From a virus (taxonomy: Duplodnaviria; Caudoviricetes), in IMG/VR virus record IMGVR_UViG_3300050821_000642, positions 1,879 to 65,878 of that record: a stretch of 64,000 bases of DNA. The stretch is one strand, 5' to 3'. Made by a program: the position numbers and the translations under genes. Below are positions 1-9,056 of this stretch, in pieces. The stretch's first letter is position 1; each line of letters starts with the position of its first letter. The notes beneath the pieces were generated by a model, which saw only the letters and a program-made list of their open reading frames with translations, searched no databases and was not told where the DNA came from.

Positions 1-576
1 GAAGCGAACAACCCCAACGACGGCACGATGTGGCTTGCTTACGCCTTGGCGACTTTCTACCACGAAACCGCCTACACCATGCAGCCCATCGAGGAGTACG
101 GCAAGGGCAGTGGAAAGAGTTACGGCAAACCTGTCGGGCCGTACGGGCAGTGTTACTACGGGCGCGGCCACGTCCAATTGACGTGGGAAGAGAATTATAA
201 AAACGGCCAGAAATTCCTTAAGGACCGCTACAACGTCCACGCCAACATCCATCCCGAAGCGCACAAGATGCTGCACCCACAGACCAGCGCTCTGATCTCT
301 TATGATGGCATGGTGTATGGGTGGTTCACGGGCGTGGGCTTGCCCAAGTACCTAAGCAAATCGAAGGGGATCGAAGACCCGGTGAATGCACGGCGGATCG
401 TTAACGGCACCGACAAGGCCAGCACCATCGCTGGCTACTATTGGAAGTTCAAGGCGGCGCTGAAGCAAGTGCCATCTCTGCCGCCCGAGACGACGGTCGA
501 GGCGCAGCTACCCGACCTGCCCAAGCATCCTCATATGCCTGACCCGCAGCACCATAGGGAGAACCCCGATGGATAG
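1..576 (+). CDS. Endolysin, glycoside hydrolase family 19 (chitinase/lysozyme-like); 5' end probably outside window
   Basis: Motifs LATFYHET, YYGRGHVQLTWEENY and ARRIVNGTDKA are typical of phage GH19 lysins. The frame is open from base 1, upstream of the ATG at 28. Confidence 0.85.
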   Translation, partial: EANNPNDGTMWLAYALATFYHETAYTMQPIEEYGKGSGKSYGKPVGPYGQCYYGRGHVQLTWEENYKNGQKFLKDRYNVHANIHPEAHKMLHPQTSALISYDGMVYGWFTGVGLPKYLSKSKGIEDPVNARRIVNGTDKASTIAGYYWKFKAALKQVPSLPPETTVEAQLPDLPKHPHMPDPQHHRENPDG

Positions 577-922
577 CCTGCTCAGTCAACTACAGACGCT
601 CGCCATCACTTGCATGGGCGCGGCGGTGACAGCGCTGTGCGGTTACGCTTTTGCGTGGCTGCGCACGTACCTTGGCATCAAGGAGAGCGACAGCAACGAG
701 GCAGAGATACGCAACGCTGCCAAGACTGAAGCGGGTAAGTTACTCATGGAGGGTAATATCACCAACCAAGATGCAGTGCTGCAAGCAGCAAGCAAGGTCA
801 TTGCCGATCTGCTACCGGCAGTGAAGGCAGAGGAGTACAACACGACCGACATTAAGGACATGATCCTTGGCGCTGCGGCGACATTCTTTCCACCAGCGGG
901 GTTACTCAAACTGCTTAAATGA
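569..922 (+). CDS. Holin-like membrane protein
   Basis: N-terminal hydrophobic helix (LAITCMGAAVTALCGYAFAWL); overlaps the endolysin stop. Confidence 0.55.
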   Translation: MDSLLSQLQTLAITCMGAAVTALCGYAFAWLRTYLGIKESDSNEAEIRNAAKTEAGKLLMEGNITNQDAVLQAASKVIADLLPAVKAEEYNTTDIKDMILGAAATFFPPAGLLKLLK

Positions 923-1131
923 TAGGGATCATCGCTCTATGCGGCTCACTGGCAATCCTCACGATCTTTGCGCTGATGGATTTCTACGCGGTGAGCCAAT
1001 GTTTCGCTCTCGCTCATACGGGCGTAGCGCAGACCGACCTGTGCGCGCCCGAGCATATTTTCCGCACGTCGTTAGAGATCGCTGGGATGGCGATAGGTTT
1101 GTTCGGCGTCGTCAAGGTGATCCAAAAGTGA
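919..1131 (+). CDS. Small membrane protein (lysis cassette)
   Basis: Two hydrophobic segments; 4-nt overlaps with both neighbours. Confidence 0.55.
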   Translation: MIGIIALCGSLAILTIFALMDFYAVSQCFALAHTGVAQTDLCAPEHIFRTSLEIAGMAIGLFGVVKVIQK

Positions 1132-1433
1132 ATGACCCGTTGGTTGTGCCGCCGCCGATCCCCAAGCTGCTGGACTACCCGGCGTCGATGGGCATCGCCA
1201 TCGGTATCGTGTTCACCACGGCGTTGCTCTATGTCGCGGGCAAGTTCGACGCCACGGGCGGCACGCTCACCATCTCGCTTCTGGTGACTGTCGCCTTTCT
1301 GGCTACGGTCACGTTCTGTCTGTTCTTCACTGTGCCGAATGACGAGATCACGTCAGGTGCAGTGGGGGGCCTCATCGCAGCGTTCGGTGCGGTGGTGGCT
1401 CATTGGTTAGGCCGAGCGAATAGAAAGGACTAA
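1128..1433 (+). CDS. Three-TM membrane protein (holin-like)
   Basis: GTG at 1128 overlaps the upstream TGA (GTGA); three hydrophobic helices and a basic C-terminus GRANRKD. Confidence 0.6.
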   Translation: MNDPLVVPPPIPKLLDYPASMGIAIGIVFTTALLYVAGKFDATGGTLTISLLVTVAFLATVTFCLFFTVPNDEITSGAVGGLIAAFGAVVAHWLGRANRKD

Positions 1434-1436
1434 GAC

Positions 1437-1946
1437 ATGGCGCAAGCACCACAGACCCCGAGCCGTCCGCCGCCGCTGACGCGGGGGCAGATGGACAATC
1501 CCAATGCGGCAAGGGAGGTTACTCGCGAGGGTAACGGCAACGGACCCCCCAAACTGTCTCAGCGGGAGACGTTCAAGCAGCGTATGGAGGAGCAAGCGGC
1601 AGCGTTCAAGCGCACCGACGACGCCGCGTACGAGCGCGCTACGATGGGCGTGGGCGATGACGAAGACCTGCGCGACAAGCTGTTGGCGCTGGGTTGCGAC
1701 GTGACCCGCGCCAGCCCGGCAAGGGAGCAACCGCTTCCCGACGCAGTGCCGGGACTGACCACCACGACCGGCGCGCATGGCTCGCCTATCGACCCGACCA
1801 CGGCGGCGGTCCCCGCTCCCGACGACAGCGAAATGGTTGTCCGTCGCCGGGGGTTTCCTACCGTGGGAAGCGGCAGGGAGGGCGGTGGCCCGGAGAAGCG
1901 TTGGATGAAGCGCCAGAGCCAAGACGCAGTTGCTGCCGAAGAGTAA
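1437..1946 (+). CDS. Hypothetical protein
   Basis: AAGGA RBS upstream; last gene before a hairpin. Confidence 0.6.
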   Translation: MAQAPQTPSRPPPLTRGQMDNPNAAREVTREGNGNGPPKLSQRETFKQRMEEQAAAFKRTDDAAYERATMGVGDDEDLRDKLLALGCDVTRASPAREQPLPDAVPGLTTTTGAHGSPIDPTTAAVPAPDDSEMVVRRRGFPTVGSGREGGGPEKRWMKRQSQDAVAAEE

Positions 1947-1954
1947 CAACCTAA

Positions 1955-1983
1955 ACTGGCGGGAAAAACAAATTCCCGCCAGT
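1955..1983 (+). terminator. Stem-loop ending the lysis operon
   Basis: ACTGGCGGGAA / TTCCCGCCAGT 11-bp inverted repeat just after stop 1946; weak U-tract. Confidence 0.6.
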
Positions 1984-1986
1984 GTC

Positions 1987-2015
1987 TTGACACATTCACA
2001 CCAATATGATACGAT
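1987..2015 (+). promoter_or_regulatory. Sigma70-type promoter of PEP-CTERM gene
   Basis: TTGACA (1987-1992), 17-nt spacer, TG-n-TACGAT (2010-2015). Confidence 0.7.
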
Positions 2016-2061
2016 TATGCATTGGCGAATGGTTCGTCACTGGGGACATGGAGACGTGGCA

Positions 2062-2721
2062 ATGAAGAGATTTCTACTGAGCGCGGCGCTGCTTGCCGCA
2101 GTCGGGGTTACTCCCGTGAGTGCGGCAACCCTCGGCATCGAGGTGTTCGACAACGGCACGTTGATCGACAACATTTCGGGGGTCACCACCGGCGCGGCCT
2201 CGCTCACCGCCAACGACGCCAACTTCGCCAACATCACCATCAGCGCTCAAGGCTCACCCATCCTGCCGAATGCGGACTTGTCCAGCGTCACCCTCGACGC
2301 CACTGCGGCGGCAGGCTTTACCGGCGAACACACGCTGACGGTCGATGTTCTGCAAGGGAGTGTGACCGGGCATGGAGGCACGCTCTCCACCTTCACGGTC
2401 AACGGTCTGGTCAACGACCCCGGCCCGACCACCGAAAGTACTTTCGCTGATGGAGCGTTACTCGCTTCGCACGTCTTCCCGGTTGGGTTGCTCGATGGTT
2501 CTTTCGGGCCTGTCGCTGCCGGGGTTGGTGCGTTCTCTTCGGACGAAATTCAGTTTGCGGTGGATTTCACGGCGGCGCGGCAGTCGTTCGGCGGCAGCGC
2601 GCAATTGACGACCGGCGTGCCGGAACCGTCCACGTGGGCGATGCTGTTGCTGGGTATGGGTGGATTGATGTTCGTCGCGCGTCGTCAGAAGAGCCTCAAT
2701 CGGCTTAACGTCGCGATCTAA
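2062..2721 (+). CDS. Secreted PEP-CTERM (PEPxxWA-CTERM) sorting-domain protein
   Basis: Signal peptide MKRFLLSAALLAAVGVTPVSA; C-terminal VPEPSTWAMLLLGMGGLMFVARRQK; GGAG RBS before ATG 2062. Confidence 0.9.
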   Translation: MKRFLLSAALLAAVGVTPVSAATLGIEVFDNGTLIDNISGVTTGAASLTANDANFANITISAQGSPILPNADLSSVTLDATAAAGFTGEHTLTVDVLQGSVTGHGGTLSTFTVNGLVNDPGPTTESTFADGALLASHVFPVGLLDGSFGPVAAGVGAFSSDEIQFAVDFTAARQSFGGSAQLTTGVPEPSTWAMLLLGMGGLMFVARRQKSLNRLNVAI

Positions 2722-2757
2722 CTCGTAAGCTTTCGTTCATTGGGGCTTACGTATACT

Positions 2758-2790
2758 GGGTGGGCTACTCCCGTGGCCCACCCTTTTTAT
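2758..2790 (+). terminator. Rho-independent terminator between convergent genes
   Basis: GGGTGGGC...GCCCACCC stem followed by TTTTT. Confidence 0.8.
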
Positions 2791-3167
2791 TAGTAATGAA
2801 TTTCGTTAATGACAGGTATTGGAATGACAGCCGGTGGTTTGTAGTCTGGGTTAATAGCCCTAGGTTCCAAAATTATATTGACACAATGCCAGTCATTAGC
2901 AAGAAAGTCCCGCGTGTGTGGTTTCCACCCCATTGTTAAATTGGGTGTTGAGCCATGTATTCCTCCCTCAAGAAGGATTATATTCTCTACTGCCGGGGAA
3001 ACAGTTTTATCTGAATGGTGGTGACGCAATGCCATATAGATGGCAAAACAACTACTCCATCCAACACGCCTGACAAACTCTCCATGTTTTAAGAACGGAA
3101 GAATTTCCTCAAAAGTGTAGAGGCGGACTTCGTTACCTTCATCATCATAGATAGGTTCGTGTCTCAT
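2790..3167 (-). CDS. DUF2829 / Tad2-like protein (divergent, AT-rich)
   Basis: FEEILPFLKHGEFVRRVGW...W-x5-DFLANDW matches the DUF2829 pattern (G..V.R.GW ... W...D.LA.DW). Confidence 0.6.
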   Translation of the reverse strand: MRHEPIYDDEGNEVRLYTFEEILPFLKHGEFVRRVGWSSCFAIYMALRHHHSDKTVSPAVENIILLEGGIHGSTPNLTMGWKPHTRDFLANDWHCVNIILEPRAINPDYKPPAVIPIPVINEIHY

Positions 3168-3478
3168 CAGTTACCCTCCTGAGTAAGGAGACGCAACGCC
3201 TTGAGGCGCTGCATCCCTTCGATCAACTCCAACTCTGCCGGGGTGTCCATTGCCCCGGCCCACGTCGCGCTCATGTCAGGTAGTGGTAGATCAGGTGCAG
3301 GACGAACGGGAGGATTAACGCCGCTTGGTAGAACGCGTACCGGGACGCTCGCCCGCGCATATATGCCACAACGTTGCGGATATGGATAATACCAGCGACT
3401 ATACTTATGGCAAGCGTAAACTGGTTGAGCGTGGGCATAGATTACCCCCGTGAGTAACACGGCAGCGAGGGTTCTCAC
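3167..3478 (-). CDS. Hypothetical exported protein
   Basis: Signal-peptide-like N-terminus; coupled to both neighbours. Confidence 0.55.
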   Translation of the reverse strand: MRTLAAVLLTGVIYAHAQPVYACHKYSRWYYPYPQRCGIYARASVPVRVLPSGVNPPVRPAPDLPLPDMSATWAGAMDTPAELELIEGMQRLKALRLLTQEGN

Positions 3479-3705
3479 GTCGCCCCCGCCACCTTATCCA
3501 ATAGCTCTATGATCGCCACGACGATATCACTCTCTTGCGGAGTAATGTCTTTGCCGTCGCTACCGGCATGGGAGCGGGCCAGCAGCACGGCGTTAATTGC
3601 GGCGGCGCGGCGCAGGCTGCGATTGGCTACGCTCTTCTTGGCGTCGTCGCCTATGCTGTCGAAGTGGGTCAGTCGAGAAGGCTTGCTAGGAAGCTCGTCG
3701 TTCAT
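3475..3705 (-). CDS. Hypothetical protein
   Basis: AGGAG RBS lies within the 16-bp palindrome upstream. Confidence 0.6.
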   Translation of the reverse strand: MNDELPSKPSRLTHFDSIGDDAKKSVANRSLRRAAAINAVLLARSHAGSDGKDITPQESDIVVAIIELLDKVAGAT

Positions 3706-3724
3706 TGGTTACTCTCCTGAGTTA

Positions 3725-6673
3725 TTATGGGACGTTAGGTTCAAACTTTCCGTGGGCTATGATGTACTCAAGCGTCTCCTCTAATACGGTGCCGGTCGCC
3801 TCGATCACCCACGAGTTTTCTTTAGCGCCAGCCATCTCCGTGCCAGCGCCGATGACGACGTTCAGCATTTTCGCGCTGAGCCGTTTCTTCATTGCCGCTT
3901 GCAGGTTTGATTTAGGTCGCCCCGTCCGCTTGCACCACGAAGTCAGGGCGCTATCGGTGATACGCAATATGAGCGGGCTACCCGATAGCTGCACCTCAAG
4001 CGTCCCCCAACTGAAATTCGGCGGCTTGAAGTTGATGATCTTAATGTCCTTGCTTGGCTTGCCCGCACCCATTTGTGTCTTGTTAAGGATGACGGTGTTG
4101 CGTGGCAGCTTCTCGTTGAGGAACGCGCCCAACGTACTCACGAGAGCAGTGTCAGTGCCGAAGTCGCTGGGATCGTCCGCCATCTCCTGCTTCATACGGC
4201 GGAACTCGTCGTACATATACGCCTTCATTACGTCGATGGGGAACTTGCAAAACCCTAGCTTGTTAGCGAGGTGAGCGCCCAACAAGATTGTTGCGATGGC
4301 GTCAATCCAATAGCGCTCGATCTTAGGATCAGCGCCTAGCTCTTCTGCGCACTGCTGTTGCGTGGCGACCAACGCCTTGCTGATCTTGGTGTGGTTCTTG
4401 CCAAGGAACTCTGCGTACTTGAGGCCGATCCCGCCAAAGTTAAAGTGCAAGTCCGTCAGGTGTCTGTTGACAGCGTAGGCAAACTCTTTCTCGGTCTTTG
4501 GCAAGTCGATGGCTTGCATCTCAAACATGCGCAACCACGACGCGTCTGTGCCTTTATCCTCTTGCCGTACGGCATCGACAATGGACCCGTTGGCGCAGTA
4601 CCCGCACAGCGTGCGAAACTCTTTCACCTCTCGCATCGCGCCCATACGGTTGGCGCGGCCCTTCTCGCGCCCGCCCGTGAGTTGGAACGCCAACTCGGTC
4701 ATCGCCTTCATCTGCTTCTCGCCCTTGATCTCGTCATAGAACAGGGGCAAGTGGCGCAACGTGGCGCACTTGGCGAAGGTATAGATTACGGTGTCGCTAA
4801 GACCACCCACCACTGGTTTCGACCACGCGGCTTGCCCAAACAAGAGCGCGGTTGATTTGCCAATGCCGGATTTACCTGAGACTAACCCAAGGAGTAACCC
4901 GGCATGCCCGGTCATGTCCACCAAGGGAGAAGCGAACGTCGCGGCTCCCATGCAGCACAAGTCAGGGCGTTCAGGCGCCAAGAGGATATTCGCCAGCGCT
5001 CGCCACGGCGCTTCGTCGCCAAGCACCCGGTAATCCTCAACGCCATCGCCCGGACGGTTCGATTTGAACTCACCGGCAGGGGAGAAAAACCTTCCGGCGA
5101 AAGCAAAGCCCATCTCGTTTCTATAGTCTTGGCTCCAACCGAAGGCTGGCACGTCGATCAAAGTTTCCTTCTTATGCTGCAAGAGCTTGAGGTAGTTTGC
5201 CATGAACATTCTCGAAAGTTCGGGCTTGATCGTGAGCGGCATTGCTTCAGAAGCAAGGGCTTTAGAGAACCCGATGTTGTCGGCAGTGATGGTGCTGTCG
5301 AACCGCTTAGTGACGATCTTCTCACCCTGTATGGTGTCAAACGAAAATCGGAATGGCTTGCCAAACTCTACGCTGGCTGACCCCGGCAGAATAGGGTACT
5401 CAAATACGAGGAACTGCTCCATGCCGCCTTTGTCGTCAGGCTTTGAGGTATAGATCAGGTCGTCGTTGCCTCGGTAGTAACCTGTCGGCAGGTCTATTGA
5501 GTTTGGGCTGGGGTTTCCTTGGAAGCCAGCGTGAGTACGATTGTGGGGCTGTTTATATTGAACTGATAGTGGGGTGGTGCCGAGAGCAAGATGCGGACAG
5601 GTGGCGCACTGGGGTATGCCAAGGGCATTGATGGTGGCGCACTTCTCGGGGCCAATGCTTGGGCGGTTTGCCCGCGCTTGGAGAGCCACCGCGAGCTTAG
5701 CATCTGTATCCGCCTCGCTGTAATAACTACTGCCTCGGGATAGCCGGTGAGCAGTTGCACTAGGATCATCACAGTGGCAAGCAAGACCAACAGCAAGTTT
5801 CCACTGGGGTTCACCGACGAGATTAGCGCCAGCTTTATCCAGCGTTTCTTTAATGAACGGGCAGAACCCCGCCACCACATCGATGTTCGCAGGCGCATAA
5901 CCACTCTTCATGCCGCCAGACAGATCGTCGTTGACGCCCGACTTACTCTCTTGAGTACGGCTTCCCGCCCCACCCCCCGGCACCGCGCCTACGATCTTGT
6001 ACTGGGACAGTCCCTTCTGCATATCTTTTAGCGGAATATGCGTGGTATTGCAATAGAGCATGGTGACCGGCTTGGCCTCAACGTCAGGCCCGCCCTTGAA
6101 ATTCCACGTCCCCGGCACCCTTAGCAGGCGGCACGGGTCGTTAGTGCATTGCCGGTCGAACAACACGCCATGCTGGGTCGCCGCCGTCGATAGCTGCGCG
6201 GCCATGTGCCGGAACTCACGCGGCTCAAACTCGGTGTCGAGCGTCCAGTACACATGCACGCCGCCGTTGCCGCTCGCGACGATGATAGTTGGATACGGCA
6301 GGCCACACACGAGAGTAAACTTTTTCAGCGCTACCAGCACCGCCTTATGGTCGGGGTAGGCGCTCTCCTTGACGTCCATATCCATGTAAAGGTTCTTGCA
6401 GGCGACGAGGTTTGGCTCCTGCCGTACCGCCTTCGGGTATATCCGGCCCATCTCCCCGGCGTTACGGAATGCGCCTTGCGCGAGGTACACGCACTGCCCG
6501 CGTGACGCCCAGTAGTTCGCGTCTTCCAGCGCCGCACGGATGCTCTTGTGCGCATTGCCGGGGAAGATAGGCGGGCGACCGTCCTGAAACAATAACCGTC
6601 GATGAATGCTGAACCAAGTATCCTTGTCGGCAAGGGCTACCTGCGTCAGAAAAATATGGCCCTCATTGTCCAC
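3725..6673 (-). CDS. Primase-helicase (AEP/RepB-like N-terminus, DUF927, P-loop helicase)
   Basis: YMDMDVK, SGNGGVHVYW and RLLRVPGTWN are AEP motifs; CxxC pair; FGW; Walker A GKSGIGKS; FYDE. Confidence 0.85.
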   Translation of the reverse strand: MDNEGHIFLTQVALADKDTWFSIHRRLLFQDGRPPIFPGNAHKSIRAALEDANYWASRGQCVYLAQGAFRNAGEMGRIYPKAVRQEPNLVACKNLYMDMDVKESAYPDHKAVLVALKKFTLVCGLPYPTIIVASGNGGVHVYWTLDTEFEPREFRHMAAQLSTAATQHGVLFDRQCTNDPCRLLRVPGTWNFKGGPDVEAKPVTMLYCNTTHIPLKDMQKGLSQYKIVGAVPGGGAGSRTQESKSGVNDDLSGGMKSGYAPANIDVVAGFCPFIKETLDKAGANLVGEPQWKLAVGLACHCDDPSATAHRLSRGSSYYSEADTDAKLAVALQARANRPSIGPEKCATINALGIPQCATCPHLALGTTPLSVQYKQPHNRTHAGFQGNPSPNSIDLPTGYYRGNDDLIYTSKPDDKGGMEQFLVFEYPILPGSASVEFGKPFRFSFDTIQGEKIVTKRFDSTITADNIGFSKALASEAMPLTIKPELSRMFMANYLKLLQHKKETLIDVPAFGWSQDYRNEMGFAFAGRFFSPAGEFKSNRPGDGVEDYRVLGDEAPWRALANILLAPERPDLCCMGAATFASPLVDMTGHAGLLLGLVSGKSGIGKSTALLFGQAAWSKPVVGGLSDTVIYTFAKCATLRHLPLFYDEIKGEKQMKAMTELAFQLTGGREKGRANRMGAMREVKEFRTLCGYCANGSIVDAVRQEDKGTDASWLRMFEMQAIDLPKTEKEFAYAVNRHLTDLHFNFGGIGLKYAEFLGKNHTKISKALVATQQQCAEELGADPKIERYWIDAIATILLGAHLANKLGFCKFPIDVMKAYMYDEFRRMKQEMADDPSDFGTDTALVSTLGAFLNEKLPRNTVILNKTQMGAGKPSKDIKIINFKPPNFSWGTLEVQLSGSPLILRITDSALTSWCKRTGRPKSNLQAAMKKRLSAKMLNVVIGAGTEMAGAKENSWVIEATGTVLEETLEYIIAHGKFEPNVP

Positions 6674-6700
6674 ATGCGTACTCCCCAGTACCAGTAAGGT

Positions 6701-6723
6701 GGGGCGGGTTCCATGCCCGCCCC
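6701..6723. terminator. Intergenic GC-rich hairpin
   Basis: GGGGCGGG-ttccatg-CCCGCCCC between the SSB-like and primase genes. Confidence 0.45.
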
Positions 6724-6729
6724 TATTGT

Positions 6730-7926
6730 TTACTCGCCCATCAACTTGTCGAACATGGCCGACATTCTATCGGCAGGCGATCCTTCTGGCACGGGCGGCG
6801 GGGTTTCATCCACCGTCTCGTCGTCTGTCGCCACGACCACCCGCTTGGGCGGGATGTTGCGCCCTCCAGTAGCATTAGAGGAAGCGTTGACTTGGCGGGT
6901 GCTTGGAGGAGGTGCAGCGGGTTGAGCGACCGCTTCAGCGATGCCGGTATTCACTGCATGCCCCCCCACTCTCGTTGTGGAAGCGGGAGCCGGGGGTGGC
7001 GGGGGAGCCACCTCTTGGGGCGCAGCTTGCGCAGCGGGAGTCGTCTGCGTCTTGGGCGGCATGCCGGTTGACGCCTTCGGCGGCTGTCCCGGCGCACGGG
7101 GAGCCTGCACCTGCGACTGACCCTCCGCACCCTCGCTCGGGTGATCCACCTCGCCGCCATCGACGTTGATCTTGGACACGAGGATGCGATTGACCGCCTC
7201 GGCGTCACGCAAGCTCATGATCACGTCGCTCTCGGCGTCGTCCAAGGGCTTCATGTACTGGAACACCACCTTGGAGAACTTGAGCAGCGGCTCATAACTC
7301 AAGCGAGTAACAACGGCGCAGTAGGGAACGCCCTTGCTGCCGTCCGCCAACTCCATGATGTTCAGCGCCTCGCTGTAGCGCACCATGTTGGTGAGCGAAC
7401 CGGGCGGCACGCTCAACAGCATGGGTCCGCCCTCGGCTTCGTTGGTGAGGTCGATTCCCGGTGCATACGGCACGATAACGGTGCGCCGACGCTGCTGGCA
7501 GGCTTGCGCCTTGGGTGCGGCAGGAGAAGCGCCAGAACCCCATGCAGAGTTAGGACATGTAGCGCATACCGGGTTGACCGGCTGCGCCACCGTCTCGTCA
7601 GGCTTGATGCCGTTGCTCGACCAGCAGTCGGGCTTCTTCCCGCGCACGCCCTGCACATAGCCGCTGGCGTAGAACACCCGCGACATTTCCTTTTGGGCTT
7701 TAAGGATTACAACATCGACAAAAGGCGCGGGGTAATCGGTGTTGGGGATTTTCACCAACCGATCTTCACCCTTCCACCGCACCACCCACTGGTTGGTGCC
7801 AATCGCCAGAATGGGGAAGCTAAGAGCTACGCCCTGCGCGAGGTCGTCGTTGTCCCGTGGGACGTTCGACCACCGATTGGAGATCGCAACTGGCCCCGTG
7901 GGGGGCTTCTGTACAACTTGGTTCAT
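6730..7926 (-). CDS. Putative ssDNA-binding/annealing protein with Cys cluster and disordered tail
   Basis: PDCWSSNGIKPD...CATCPNSAWGS...ACQQRRR pattern seen in phage replication modules; Pro/Ala-rich acidic C-terminus. Confidence 0.6.
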   Translation of the reverse strand: MNQVVQKPPTGPVAISNRWSNVPRDNDDLAQGVALSFPILAIGTNQWVVRWKGEDRLVKIPNTDYPAPFVDVVILKAQKEMSRVFYASGYVQGVRGKKPDCWSSNGIKPDETVAQPVNPVCATCPNSAWGSGASPAAPKAQACQQRRRTVIVPYAPGIDLTNEAEGGPMLLSVPPGSLTNMVRYSEALNIMELADGSKGVPYCAVVTRLSYEPLLKFSKVVFQYMKPLDDAESDVIMSLRDAEAVNRILVSKINVDGGEVDHPSEGAEGQSQVQAPRAPGQPPKASTGMPPKTQTTPAAQAAPQEVAPPPPPAPASTTRVGGHAVNTGIAEAVAQPAAPPPSTRQVNASSNATGGRNIPPKRVVVATDDETVDETPPPVPEGSPADRMSAMFDKLMGE

Positions 7927-7957
7927 AGTCTGTCCTTTCGTTGGTTACTCTCGTGGG

Positions 7958-8461
7958 TTAGTCTTGACCAGCCTCTGCCCCGGCTGGCACGCCCAAGTCC
8001 TCCGCAAGGGCGTCGTCATCAGGCGGTTCCGCACCATTGCCGGTGCTGGCCTTCGCCACCTTGGCGCGTGGCTTGACAGGCGGGTTGATGTAGAGGATGT
8101 TCACGCTGTTGCGCACGCATCCGGGTGGCGGCTCGCCATGCTCGTTGGTGAACACCTCGGCGGCGTTGCCCGCCGCGCCCCACGTGACAAGCTCCCACTG
8201 CTCCATGCCGATCACGTGACGGCGGAACTCGTCCTTGTCTTCGACCCGGTAGGTGACCTTCGGCTTCCAATAGGCGGTGCCGAACTCGGTGTTGGCGCTC
8301 TTCTGCTTGGTGGCGTTGAGGAACTCAAGGATTTCCACTCGTGCTGCGACTGCCCAGTCTTTGGCGTCCTTCAGCTTGGCTTCAAGCGCGGCTTCCTCGG
8401 CCTTTATCTTCGCTTCAAGAGCGCGCACCTGCTTGATGCGGGTGCCTAGATCAAATGTCAT
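7958..8461 (-). CDS. Coiled-coil phage replication-module protein
   Basis: Own RBS (GAAAGGACAGATACA-ATG); coiled coil followed by SANTEFGTAY; in frame with the upstream HTH ORF. Confidence 0.65.
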   Translation of the reverse strand: MTFDLGTRIKQVRALEAKIKAEEAALEAKLKDAKDWAVAARVEILEFLNATKQKSANTEFGTAYWKPKVTYRVEDKDEFRRHVIGMEQWELVTWGAAGNAAEVFTNEHGEPPPGCVRNSVNILYINPPVKPRAKVAKASTGNGAEPPDDDALAEDLGVPAGAEAGQD

Positions 8462-8767
8462 TGTATCTGTCCTTTCTATTGGCACCACCCTATGGTGCAG
8501 TAACTGTACCCAATTCCCTTTATCGTTAAACCCGTAATCGTGTTCCTTTCGTTCAATCCAACGCTTCCTAAGCATTGGGGCCATGCGTGGGGTGATGGAG
8601 TCTTTGTCTTCTCCAAGCGCCTTTGCTATCTGAGGGTTGGTCCGCCACTCACCCCGGCATGAGAAAAGATAACGGTAGACTCTAACCTCCAAAGCTCTGT
8701 TAGCCGCCCGCCTTGCCGCAGCGTGCGATGGACTAGGGTCCGTTCCACGGGCGTAACTCTCGTCCAT
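8462..8767 (-). CDS. Winged-HTH domain, reading in frame into the 7958-8461 gene
   Basis: ARGTDPSPSHAAA...TNPQIAKALG..DSITPRMAPMLRKRWI resembles phage wHTH proteins; no stop before 8461. Confidence 0.55.
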
Positions 8768-8844
8768 TGTTTTTTCTGCCTATTAGGCGCTCAAATCCCC
8801 AAAAAATTTTTGGGGCAAAAAAGTGTTCCACAAATATGTGGAGG

Positions 8845-9051
8845 TTAAACCAATCCTTCCTTCTCCACCAACCACTCAGGCGCGCTAATCGTGACCATCG
8901 TGCCTCTGGGATAGTGGTTGTCCTCCCACTCGATCTGCGACTTCGGCAACCACACGCCGCCCTGTAGGTTGCCGGTGATGTTCACCAGAATGGCGCTGTC
9001 CGTCTGATGGAGGTAGCAGACTTCCACCTCCACCATGTCGAACTTACTCAT
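8845..9051 (-). CDS. Conserved small phage protein
   Basis: T..AILV...VWLPKSQIE...PEWL..EGL pattern recurrent in phages. Confidence 0.7.
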   Translation of the reverse strand: MSKFDMVEVEVCYLHQTDSAILVNITGNLQGGVWLPKSQIEWEDNHYPRGTMVTISAPEWLVEKEGLV

Positions 9052-9056
9052 GAGAG

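Noticed and set aside
1930-2061. Longer N-terminus for the PEP-CTERM gene as given in the ORF track
   Set aside because: This stretch holds the terminator and promoter; the RBS and signal peptide point to ATG 2062.
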